Positions 8,838 to 18,262 of a DNA stretch of 32,000 bases are shown here, one piece after another. The notes under the pieces are model-generated. The model was not told where the DNA came from. It was given only the letters and a program-made list of their open reading frames with translations, and made no database searches. Both the position numbers and the translations under genes were made by a program. Within the stretch, counting starts at the first letter, position 1. Each line of letters begins with the position of its first letter. This stretch comes from Candidatus Heimdallarchaeota archaeon B3_Heim (GTDB taxonomy: Archaea; Asgardarchaeota; Heimdallarchaeia; Hodarchaeales; Hodarchaeaceae): NCBI GenBank assembly GCA_003144275.1, contig NJBF01000019.1, forward strand, positions 30,001 through 62,000, written 5' to 3'.

Positions 8838-10784
8838 TTATTCAAGATCTAAAAAACTTTTTTTCAGGGAGACTAGTGCTCGATCTACATTGTAATCAAT
8901 CCATCCTTCAGATTCTAATTCTTTCATTAGACGTTCTGCAAATACAAGTTGAATTGCGACAGTTTTAGCCAATTCTTCTACTGAAGCCTGTTGGATATCT
9001 TGGAGAACAAAGAGTATCGCATATTTTGGATTTTTGGACAGATTTATCTTCAGAACTTCAACAGCTTGTTTATACTGTTCAGATTCCTCTTTCAGTTTTG
9101 TTACCTGACGATTAAGAGCTTCATTTTCCCCATTACTCTTTGTAATTTCATTCTTGAACAAATTAATTTTCTTATCTAATCTTTTATTTTCCTTATTCGC
9201 TTCAGCAAGCTGGAGTCCTAGACTCTTAATTTCTACATCGTATGTCTCTTTTTGTCGCTCAAAAGCCGCAGTTTTTGTTCTTGAACCATCAATCTCCTCC
9301 CTCAAATTTTCATGTTTCTCTCTGATGGTATCTAATTCCTTCATTGCTTCAACTACTTCCAAATTTTTTGTTTTGAGTTGAGTCTCCTGTTCGAGTATAG
9401 AAGACTTTTGTTTTTCAAAATGTATCTTTAAATTAGCCAGATTTTCCCGAGATTCATTCAAGGCTTTTTCTATTACGTCAATTCGTTCATCCTTACCTTG
9501 GATTTCCACTTGTAAGTCTTCTGTTGAGGTTACAAAAGCTCGATTTTCAGTACGTAATTTATCTTCTGCTTCTTTTGCTTCTTGAAGTCGCAATTGAATT
9601 TTTTCAATAAGTGCATCCTTATCGTCCATTTCTTGCTGTGTATGCGTTAAATTGCCTTCCACTTTTTCCCTGGAAGACTCACTTGATGCAAGTTTTTGTT
9701 TAAATTCGACTTTCTCTTTTTCTTGTAATTCAACCTGATTTTCAAGATCACTTAATCGACGATTCAGGTCTTCATTTTCCTTGATCTTCTGGTCAAGCAA
9801 AACTCTAGATTCAGATAATTCTTTTCTAATAGTTAAGGCGTCTTCAGTAGTTTCTCCTGAATCAATTAACAGATCTTCATTCTCTTTCTCCAATATTTGA
9901 TTTCTTTCTTCTAAATCAGTCATAGCAATTTTAATTTCGCTAATTTGTGAATTCAGAACTTTTTTATCCTCTAGCAGATCATCCGATTGTTTAGAAGATG
10001 CTTTTTTTACTTTCTCAATTTCATTTTGAACAACTGTTTTGAGATTTGCTATCTCGTCATTTAGCTTAATGTTTTGTTCTTTTAGAATGATATTATCTTC
10101 TGCATGACTAGTAAGAACTTGTACTTCCGAGTTCAAGTTTTCTACTTCTATATCCTTGTTTCCTATTACTGTCTGTAGTTCCTCAATTTCTAAACGTGTA
10201 GTCATCAATGTATTACCTATGACCTCATATTCCGCTTCAATTTTGTCCCTTTCTAATTTTGCCTGTTTCAATTCTCTTTGAGCTTCATCAAGTAGCTCTT
10301 GAATACGATTTATCTCTTCTAATTGATCTTGATATTTTTCAGATGTTGACCCAGTTTTTGAATTTAAAAGAGAAATTTCTGCTTCTTTTTGTTCTAATAA
10401 GATTTCCAAATTTTCAATTTTTTTTTCAAAGGGTGACGAATCTGTTGCTTGCTGACTTAAAGATTTAATCTCATTCTGCATTCTTTGAAGTTCAGATTTT
10501 GCTATAAGCGTTGAATCTGACTCTGGTTGCACAAGGTCAATATTATCAATGTCTTTCATCCCTCTTTTAGAAAATTCTGTATGTGCTTCCTTATTTAAAA
10601 TAATGATTTTCTCTTTTAAGCTTTCTATGACTTCTTCTACATCTTGCAACGTATAATAGGATTTCGGTCGTGATTGAAGTTTATTTACACTGCTTTTCAT
10701 TTCAGAGGAAATTTCATGTTCCAATCTTCGAGCTTGTTGGGCAATACTTCTTATGAAAGCAAGTTTGGGATTGTTACTGGCCAA
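8838..10784 (-). CDS. Long coiled-coil protein with C-terminal winged helix-turn-helix
   Basis: About 500 aa of E/K/L/Q-rich heptads and no Walker motifs. C-terminus KYAILFVLQDIQQASVEELAKTV...MKELESEGWIDY looks like a wHTH. TTG start with upstream GAGGG. Confidence 0.7.
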   Translation of the reverse strand: MASNNPKLAFIRSIAQQARRLEHEISSEMKSSVNKLQSRPKSYYTLQDVEEVIESLKEKIIILNKEAHTEFSKRGMKDIDNIDLVQPESDSTLIAKSELQRMQNEIKSLSQQATDSSPFEKKIENLEILLEQKEAEISLLNSKTGSTSEKYQDQLEEINRIQELLDEAQRELKQAKLERDKIEAEYEVIGNTLMTTRLEIEELQTVIGNKDIEVENLNSEVQVLTSHAEDNIILKEQNIKLNDEIANLKTVVQNEIEKVKKASSKQSDDLLEDKKVLNSQISEIKIAMTDLEERNQILEKENEDLLIDSGETTEDALTIRKELSESRVLLDQKIKENEDLNRRLSDLENQVELQEKEKVEFKQKLASSESSREKVEGNLTHTQQEMDDKDALIEKIQLRLQEAKEAEDKLRTENRAFVTSTEDLQVEIQGKDERIDVIEKALNESRENLANLKIHFEKQKSSILEQETQLKTKNLEVVEAMKELDTIREKHENLREEIDGSRTKTAAFERQKETYDVEIKSLGLQLAEANKENKRLDKKINLFKNEITKSNGENEALNRQVTKLKEESEQYKQAVEVLKINLSKNPKYAILFVLQDIQQASVEELAKTVAIQLVFAERLMKELESEGWIDYNVDRALVSLKKSFLDLE

Positions 10785-10933
10785 GGTTCTGAACCCTCTA
10801 TTTTATTTAACGAAATACGATAATTACAAGTAATATCAAAATAATTTACTATTACTTTAGGTTTTAATCTCTATATTGATGATTTTACTTTTTAAAATAA
10901 CGGTTTAATATCTATTGAAAAATGAAGAAAAAA

Positions 10934-11509
10934 TTACTCGGGAGTATCTTTCTTTGGAATCATATTCTCTTTTAACTGCTCTAGCTCTTTTTGAAAATCT
11001 TTGAAACGACCTTGATAGAGATTTAAAAACACCAAATCAAGTTGAGAAGAGCCCGTTTGAGGATCATAACCAATCATAGTTAATAATTTAAAATTTTTCT
11101 GCTGAATAGATTTTAAGAAATCAGGTAGTGCTTCTAAGTTTTTGCTTACAGCATCAAGAACCTTTAATGCACTTTTTTCATTGGTTGTGAGATTCTGCGT
11201 AAAGGATTCAACTTGAGGGAGAACAATAATCCGTAAACGACTACGAATTTCATCTTTTGTCAAAGTGGAATCGATTGCTAATTTTCTCACCCAATCGACA
11301 ATCGTATCAAAATTACGTAAACCATTTTTCTGCAATTTTATCCAGTTTAATAGAGTTTCTAAAACATCTTCTATAGTACCTAATTGTTTATAAGCCTCAT
11401 CAGGCTTTTCTAACGGTGTATCTATTTGTGATTTAAGTAATGACAGTGAATCAAAAACTTCTTCAAAATAATCTTGATAGGATCTTGTTTCATCATCTGG
11501 GTTACCCAT
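10934..11509 (-). CDS. Hypothetical helical protein (191 aa)
   Basis: ATG-started ORF filling the gap, with plausible amphipathic-helix composition; no motif recognised. Confidence 0.65.
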   Translation of the reverse strand: MGNPDDETRSYQDYFEEVFDSLSLLKSQIDTPLEKPDEAYKQLGTIEDVLETLLNWIKLQKNGLRNFDTIVDWVRKLAIDSTLTKDEIRSRLRIIVLPQVESFTQNLTTNEKSALKVLDAVSKNLEALPDFLKSIQQKNFKLLTMIGYDPQTGSSQLDLVFLNLYQGRFKDFQKELEQLKENMIPKKDTPE

Positions 11510-11661
11510 GGTAGTTTCACATCTTTATTGCGGATAAAAGAAAGTAAATTTAGACAGTAGCCTCTTTCTACGAAATTCTAGGACATTGAACATTTAAGTC
11601 TATTCATACTTTATTTTCCTAAAGAGGTGATATAGGGGATTATATGATAAAAATTATAAAT

Positions 11662-14043
11662 TTACATCAATTTAGTTTGGATTAAAGGAACTTGGCCAAT
11701 AGATATACAACCATCTCCACATGGGATTTGTTTGTGATAGATGGGAGTGTATTTTTTACCCGCACTTATTATATTTCGATAAAATTCAGAAAAGATAGCT
11801 TGATTATAGCACACTCCCCCAGACATACCAATATTGTGTATTCCATGTTTATCCGCTATTAGAATTGAAACTTCTGCTATTGTCTTTGCAAGGGCTTTCT
11901 CTGTTGCAGCTGCTAATAAATATTTGTTCTGGTTCTTTTGAATTCTATCCCAAATTTCCCTTAAAAGATGTTTAGTCTGAATTTCAATTGCACCTTGATT
12001 GTTTTCTCTATATGGTATTTCTAGTTCTAACTTTGAATAGTTATTCTTTTTCCTTGCAAATGATTCAAGTTTTATCGCTGGCTCCCCTTCGTAAGTACGA
12101 TACTTAGTTACACCAAGCATAACACTGAAGATGTCGAGAACACGACCACAACTTGATGTTATGTTATGTCTTGGAATATTCTGGGTTTTAATCTGCTTCT
12201 TCATTGAACTAATTAATAGAGAATAATTTTCCAAACTAGTTATCCATTTTAACCAGGGAAGTGAATTAATGCTTGTAGTTATCTCCTCAGGAGACATGAT
12301 TGAAAGAAGATATGCTAATAACCCTCGATGAGGTTGTTTTATTGCTAAGTCCCCTCCAGGGATGGCTAATGGTTCTAGATGTGCTACTCTCTTGAAATCT
12401 GAGAAATTTCCCATTAATATTTCTCCTCCCCATATAGTTCCATCAGTTCCATAACCTGTACCATCTAACGTTGCACAAATAACATTATCCTCAGGACTCA
12501 CACCTGCATCAACGGCTAAAGCGCTTAGATGGGCATAATGATGTTGAAATTGGTAAAACTTAATTCCGTTTTTTTCAGCCCATTCCTCTCCAAGGGTAGT
12601 AGAAGAGAACTGTGGGTGTAAATCGCCACCTATACCTTGAATTTTATTAACTCCGAGTAAAGATTTCATATGTTTTAAGCTGGATTTGAGAAATTCTATA
12701 TTTTCTAACGTACTAAGGTGACCAATATGTTGAGTTGAAAAAATTCTATTGCCTACTCCAATAGAACCAACAGAATGCATTTCTGCTCCTAACGTTATCA
12801 CTGTAGGATGTATGTTCTTCCAAGACAGGGATATTGGTTCAGGAACATACCCTCTACTTCTCCGGATAATTAATGGATATTTATGGTCATTGAATGTATG
12901 AAGGCGTAATACACTATCATCAATACGTTGGAAGATTTGTCTATCATGTAATAAAAAATAATCTACGATAGAAGACAGGTTTTTTTGGATTTGATCATTT
13001 TTAATTAGTATCGGCAAGTTGGAGGGGTTACCAGAAGTCATCACTAACGCTGGATCATTTATCTTCTCAAATAATGTAATGTGTATCCCCGCATACGGAA
13101 ATAACACACCAATATTGTGTAAATTTGGTGAGATATGCTTCGATAAGGAGTATTTGTCATTTTTGTTTAAAAGCAGAATTGGTCTCATATGGGTATTAAG
13201 ATATTTTGCCTCAAGTTTTGAGCAATGGGCGAATTGTTGGGTAGTTTGTCGATTTTTAGACATCACCGCAAAGGGCTTTTCTCCTCTGGCCCCCTTCCAA
13301 TCACGTATTTTTAGGATGGGGTCATCACTCAATGTTCTACATGCAATATGTGTACCGCCAATTCCTTTAATTGCGATTATCTTACCTTCATTAAGAAGTT
13401 TTGACGGTAAACTCCAATTTCTCCTGAATTCTTCAGATGAAAGTACTAGATTCCCCTTATTATCTAGTAGTTGGTATTGAGGCCCGCAATCCCAGCAACA
13501 GGTTGTTTGAGCATGAAACCGTCTATCGCTAGGATTAGTATATTCTGCTAAGCAATTGGAACATAATGGAAATTCATCCATTACAGTTCTAGGCCTATCA
13601 TAAGGTAAGGAGGTAATAACAGAATACCTTGGACCGCAGTCTACACATGATGTAAATGGGTAATTGATTCTTCGAGGATCAAATCCCATTTCGTCTATAC
13701 ATTTGTCACATATCGGTAAATCTGGGGGAATATATGATCCTTCATTCCCACGAGTTAACGTGCTTTTAGCAATTCGAAAACTATCAAAATTCTGCACATC
13801 TATAGCTTCAAAGTCTAAAACAGATTCAAATTTTTCATATCTAGCAAGAGCAGGTTTATTATGTTGTATTTCATAAATAAACGTGTTTATCTGCTCTCTT
13901 GACCCTTTTATTTGTATTTCTACCCCTGCGTCTCCTCTATTGAGGACAAATCCCAACAATTTGTGTTTTACAGCAAGATTGTAGACGAATGGTCGGAATC
14001 CGATACCTTGAACCACACCATTTATCATGATTTGACAGTACAC
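11662..14043 (-). CDS. hypF: [NiFe]-hydrogenase maturation carbamoyltransferase HypF
   Basis: Acylphosphatase-like start GVVQGIGFRPFVY, zinc fingers CDKC/CVDC/CSNC/CWDC, RRFHAQ, KGIGG, QHHYAH, DGTGYG and PCGDGCISIGQ. GTG start with GAGGT SD. Confidence 0.97.
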   Translation of the reverse strand: MYCQIMINGVVQGIGFRPFVYNLAVKHKLLGFVLNRGDAGVEIQIKGSREQINTFIYEIQHNKPALARYEKFESVLDFEAIDVQNFDSFRIAKSTLTRGNEGSYIPPDLPICDKCIDEMGFDPRRINYPFTSCVDCGPRYSVITSLPYDRPRTVMDEFPLCSNCLAEYTNPSDRRFHAQTTCCWDCGPQYQLLDNKGNLVLSSEEFRRNWSLPSKLLNEGKIIAIKGIGGTHIACRTLSDDPILKIRDWKGARGEKPFAVMSKNRQTTQQFAHCSKLEAKYLNTHMRPILLLNKNDKYSLSKHISPNLHNIGVLFPYAGIHITLFEKINDPALVMTSGNPSNLPILIKNDQIQKNLSSIVDYFLLHDRQIFQRIDDSVLRLHTFNDHKYPLIIRRSRGYVPEPISLSWKNIHPTVITLGAEMHSVGSIGVGNRIFSTQHIGHLSTLENIEFLKSSLKHMKSLLGVNKIQGIGGDLHPQFSSTTLGEEWAEKNGIKFYQFQHHYAHLSALAVDAGVSPEDNVICATLDGTGYGTDGTIWGGEILMGNFSDFKRVAHLEPLAIPGGDLAIKQPHRGLLAYLLSIMSPEEITTSINSLPWLKWITSLENYSLLISSMKKQIKTQNIPRHNITSSCGRVLDIFSVMLGVTKYRTYEGEPAIKLESFARKKNNYSKLELEIPYRENNQGAIEIQTKHLLREIWDRIQKNQNKYLLAAATEKALAKTIAEVSILIADKHGIHNIGMSGGVCYNQAIFSEFYRNIISAGKKYTPIYHKQIPCGDGCISIGQVPLIQTKLM

Positions 14044-14194
14044 ATACTTACCTCAATATTGAGATTGATTGATGGGGTATCGGACAGAGTAATAACTGCT
14101 TCCAACAGACTTCCTTTGAAAAATAGGCCATAATATTTTTTACTCCCTCATTTTTCCTCTCTCTCATCCAATTATTCGGATGGTTCCCCCTACA

Positions 14195-14452
14195 ATGTGC
14201 CTAGCCATACCAGCACAAGTGCAAGAATTCTTAGAAGACTATCTTATCATTGCAGATTTCGGTCGTGGAGTGAAAAGAGAGGTAAGTATTGCATTATTAG
14301 GCGAGGAACTTCAAATTGGGGATTGGATTCTCATTCATACGGGTTATGCTGTTTCAAAAATGTCTCCAGAAGAAGCACAGGAGACATTAGATCTTTGGGA
14401 GGAGCTTTGGAAATCAGAAGAAGAGAGAAATAACTTTCTGCAACAATCTTAA
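14195..14452 (+). CDS. hypC: Hydrogenase assembly chaperone HypC/HupF
   Basis: MCLAIPAQV...GDWILIHTGYA. Start moved from 14180 to ATG 14195 so that Cys2 is the N-terminal residue, as this family requires. Confidence 0.95.
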   Translation: MCLAIPAQVQEFLEDYLIIADFGRGVKREVSIALLGEELQIGDWILIHTGYAVSKMSPEEAQETLDLWEELWKSEEERNNFLQQS

Positions 14453-15498
14453 CAAACACGAGGTATTGGTTCACCAACAGGTTTATCCAATATTCTATGC
14501 CCGCCTATAGTAGTTTTAAGAAATACCTGTCCTTTCCGAGAGCTTTTTGCTCTTCCAATAATCGCAGCATTATTACCTAAAGGATTAGATTTTATTAAAT
14601 TCAAGACCTTATCAGCATCTTCTGGATGAACAGCGATGATCGCTTTTCCTTCACAGGAAACATGTAAAGGATCAATTCCAAATATATCTGAAATAATTTG
14701 GACATCATCAGAAATTGGAAGAGACGTCTCATCTAGCCAGATCGATACATTCGATTTTTTTGCCCATTCAGTTAAAACGCCTGTTAAGCCTCCGCGAGTA
14801 GGATCTTTCATTGCATGTATACGATATTGTAAGATGGGTTGAATAAGGGGTTGTAATGGGGCAACATCAGATTTTAATTCTGTTTCAAACTCAATCCCTT
14901 CTCTAGTCACAAGCATTGCAAACCCATGATCTCCAAGCGTGCCTGTCGTTATTATAATATCCTTTGGTTGAATTGAACTGTCAGTTATTCGTTGTCCCGA
15001 TGGTATCTCTCCCAGGCCCGTAGTGTTTATTATTAATCCAGTTTCATCCATCGAACCTAAAGGCATGACTTTGGTATCACCTGCGACTATTCCAATCTTA
15101 AATTTTTCAGTAATTTCCGATATTGTATCAATAATATTGGCTAGAACATCGAATTTCAGCCCCTCCCTTATTACTAGTGCCAATGTCATTGCAATAGGTC
15201 GAGCTCCCATCATAAGAAGATCGTTTATGGTACCAGCTGCAGCTAATGTACCAATATTCCCTCCACGGAAGAATAATGGTGAGACAGTAAAAGAATCAGT
15301 CGTTAGTACTAAATCGATTGACCTGTTGGGTAAAGGGATAATCGCTCCATCATCGAAAGATTCGACTCCAACCCCCTCATCAGAAATTTTCTTTATTTTA
15401 ATACGATTTGTTATGAATTCAAGGAGGGTATCCATTTTCTTTCCTCCCTGTCCCATATCAAGTTCCACAATTTTGTAATTAAAGTTGTCCAATATCAA
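14449..15498 (-). CDS. hypE: Hydrogenase maturation protein HypE
   Basis: TTDSFTVSPLFFRGGNIG, GTINDLLMMGARP, GDTKV, KDPTRGG, CEGK and C-terminal PIPRVC. TTG start with AAGGAAGG SD. Confidence 0.96.
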   Translation of the reverse strand: MILDNFNYKIVELDMGQGGKKMDTLLEFITNRIKIKKISDEGVGVESFDDGAIIPLPNRSIDLVLTTDSFTVSPLFFRGGNIGTLAAAGTINDLLMMGARPIAMTLALVIREGLKFDVLANIIDTISEITEKFKIGIVAGDTKVMPLGSMDETGLIINTTGLGEIPSGQRITDSSIQPKDIIITTGTLGDHGFAMLVTREGIEFETELKSDVAPLQPLIQPILQYRIHAMKDPTRGGLTGVLTEWAKKSNVSIWLDETSLPISDDVQIISDIFGIDPLHVSCEGKAIIAVHPEDADKVLNLIKSNPLGNNAAIIGRAKSSRKGQVFLKTTIGGHRILDKPVGEPIPRVC

Positions 15499-15651
15499 TT
15501 GCCTTCCTTATGAGCATCAACGTTTACTTGAAATCAACTAGTATCGATCTACTAATCTAAATATCGGAAAAATACTTTTAATAATTCTTATGTGCTTCTT
15601 TACGTACATTATTTCAAGAAGTTGGCTTCATGCATAAGGAGGAATATGTAA

Positions 15652-17220
15652 GTGACTCCCAAACAATATGACACAGTGATCTATAATGGGCATATAGAAA
15701 CATTTGACGATAATTTAAATACTGCACAGATGGTTGCGATTACCAATGGTAGATTTAGTTATGTTGGAGACCATAGTGAAGAATTGATCAAAAATGCAAT
15801 CAATTCCATCAATATCAAAGGAAAAACTGTCCTCCCCGGGTTTATTGACCTCCATACACACCTTTGGACTGAAGCTGACATAATAGATATCGATTTAACT
15901 GAAATTTCTACATATAAAGAAACTTTGGACAAAGTAGAAATCGCAGTTAAGTCAAAAAAACCTGGAGAGTGGGTCTTTTTTTCTGGTTGGGATGAGTCCT
16001 TTTGGTTAGATAAAAAAGAATTTCCCACATTAAAAGATTTGGATAGGATAAGTCAAGACAATCCACTTTACATGAAAAGAGAAGATGGGCATCTCGTTGT
16101 TGTAAATTCACTAGCACTAAAGCAGTTGCCAGTTTCTTTAGAGCATAAAGGGGTAATGAAAGATGATGAAGGACATCCAACGGGAGTTTTAAAAGATGTT
16201 TGGCTTAATCTCACCCCTTATTTCCAAGATCTTATTTCTGAAAGTATTAAAGCCTCATGTAAAATTGCTGCATCTGTAGGAATAACCGCTGTTGTTGATA
16301 ATCTCACCATCGTGCCAGAGGGACAACAAAATATCTTGAAAGAATATTTTGAGCTAGATATGAACGATGAAATACCAATACGAGTATTTCTAAATCCAAC
16401 TCGTGATTTAATGGAAGATCATGTTAAAAAAGGGGTTCATCGAAATCAAGGGAAGAATAAAATACGATATTCGGGGTACAAAGGTTTTTTTGATGGTGCA
16501 TTAGGATCTCATACAGCTATGTTAAGTTTTGAATATGCAGATATGGGTGGTAAGGGTGATAAGTTTCTAGATGAGGCTGAGCTGGCATCGCAGGTTAAAT
16601 TCGCAGAGGAAAATGAGTGTACACTATGCATTCACGCAATTGGAGATCAGGCTATAGAAAAATTGCTGGATTGCTTTGAAGAAGGGCTAACTAATGCAGG
16701 AAATGCCTTTACAAAACAAAAACATAGAATCGAACATGCGGAAATGATAACTGATTCTCAAATTGTTCGTGCTAACAAGTTGAGAATTATACTGTCAATG
16801 CAGCCTAATTTCTTGAAGTGGCAATATCCTGGAGAATTATATGAGCAGCGGCTCGGCCGAGATAGAATATATTCATTAAATCGCTTTAATAAAATTTTGC
16901 AGCTAAGGGCCAATCTGTCATTCGGTTCAGATAATATGCCCCTTTCTCCATTATATGGGATACATCAATCAGTCAATTTCCCCTCAAAAGATACCCAGAT
17001 CTCTGTTGAGGAGGCAATTAAAGCATATACCATTAGTAATGCAGTAGCTCTCTCAGTAGAGCATGAATTAGGTAATATTATGAAGGGCAAATATGCTGAC
17101 CTTATTATTTTGGAGGAATCACCATTTACAATTAACTCCAGTGAGATAAAGGGATTAAAAATTGAACAAACTTACGTAGAAGGATTATGTGTGTACGATG
17201 GAACTTCAAATCCTATGTAA
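15652..17220 (+). CDS. Amidohydrolase 3 family (YtcJ-like) metal-dependent hydrolase
   Basis: LPGFIDLHTH, FDGALGSHTA, HAIGD, HRIEHAE, GSD and GKYADLIIL. AGGAGG SD. Confidence 0.9.
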   Translation: MTPKQYDTVIYNGHIETFDDNLNTAQMVAITNGRFSYVGDHSEELIKNAINSINIKGKTVLPGFIDLHTHLWTEADIIDIDLTEISTYKETLDKVEIAVKSKKPGEWVFFSGWDESFWLDKKEFPTLKDLDRISQDNPLYMKREDGHLVVVNSLALKQLPVSLEHKGVMKDDEGHPTGVLKDVWLNLTPYFQDLISESIKASCKIAASVGITAVVDNLTIVPEGQQNILKEYFELDMNDEIPIRVFLNPTRDLMEDHVKKGVHRNQGKNKIRYSGYKGFFDGALGSHTAMLSFEYADMGGKGDKFLDEAELASQVKFAEENECTLCIHAIGDQAIEKLLDCFEEGLTNAGNAFTKQKHRIEHAEMITDSQIVRANKLRIILSMQPNFLKWQYPGELYEQRLGRDRIYSLNRFNKILQLRANLSFGSDNMPLSPLYGIHQSVNFPSKDTQISVEEAIKAYTISNAVALSVEHELGNIMKGKYADLIILEESPFTINSSEIKGLKIEQTYVEGLCVYDGTSNPM

Positions 17221-17266
17221 CAACCGTTCTGAACTATCACTCTTAATGGAGAAATGATGATTAGAA

Positions 17267-18262
17267 ATGCAACGAAAAAAACGAGTACTGCTAACACATA
17301 AAATTCCAGAAATTGGTATCGACCTTCTGAAGAAGCATTTTGAGGTTGTTATATTAGATTCTGAAGGTTCATTAGATATCCAATTGAATAAAATCTTACC
17401 TACCGTTGATTATCTTATCTCTCTTTTATCAGTAAGGATAGATAACAATCTATTAAGAAAGTTTCCAAATCTTAAGGGAATTGCTAATTATGCTGTCGGT
17501 TACAATAATATAGATATCAATGCTGCGATTGAATGTGGTATACCAGTAACGAATACTCCTGATGTTTTAACCAATGCAACTGCAGATCTAACGTGGGGAC
17601 TAATTCTAGCAGTTACACGAAGAATTGTTGAAGGGGATAAAGAATGTCGTCAAGCTACATTTTCAGGATGGGCACCTGAGTACATGTTAGGATATGAATT
17701 ATCTGGGAAAACCCTGGGGATCGTGGGAATGGGGAGAATTGGTACAGCCGTGGCAAAAAGAGGGACTGGCTTTGATATGAAAATTTGTTATCATTCTCGA
17801 ACGAAGTCAAAGGATCTGCCCGAATCAATGAAAGCAGTGCATCTTCCTGATTTAAAAACATTCTTAGAATCTTGTGACATCGTAAGTCTACATGTACCAT
17901 ATACAGACAAAACTCATCACTTTATTGGGGAAAATGAGTTGAACTGGATGAAGAAAAACGCCTTTCTAATTAATACATCTCGTGGGAAAGTGATTGACGA
18001 AGTAGCGTTAATTAACACACTAAGTGAGAGTAAAATTGCTGGTGCAGGTCTAGATGTCTACTATAATGAACCATTAATACCCAAGGGGTTACGTGAATTA
18101 AATAATACGGTACTAACTCCCCACATTGGATCTGCAACAAAACAAGCTCGCGAAGCAATGGCAATCATGGTCGCAGAGAATATTATTGCAATCGAAAAGG
18201 GATTAATACCCCCCAATTTAATACCTGAAATGAAAAAAGAGATTTTGAAAGGAAATCATTGA
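17267..18262 (+). CDS. gyaR: D-isomer 2-hydroxyacid dehydrogenase, glyoxylate reductase/D-glycerate dehydrogenase-like
   Basis: AVGYNNID, TNTPDVLT, GIVGMGRIG, LINTSRG, GLDVYYNEP and TPHIGSAT. Substrate is inferred. Confidence 0.85.
   Translation: MQRKKRVLLTHKIPEIGIDLLKKHFEVVILDSEGSLDIQLNKILPTVDYLISLLSVRIDNNLLRKFPNLKGIANYAVGYNNIDINAAIECGIPVTNTPDVLTNATADLTWGLILAVTRRIVEGDKECRQATFSGWAPEYMLGYELSGKTLGIVGMGRIGTAVAKRGTGFDMKICYHSRTKSKDLPESMKAVHLPDLKTFLESCDIVSLHVPYTDKTHHFIGENELNWMKKNAFLINTSRGKVIDEVALINTLSESKIAGAGLDVYYNEPLIPKGLRELNNTVLTPHIGSATKQAREAMAIMVAENIIAIEKGLIPPNLIPEMKKEILKGNH

Noticed and set aside
8838-10784. SMC/Rad50 annotation for the coiled-coil protein
   Set aside because: No Walker A/B, signature motif, hinge or zinc hook.
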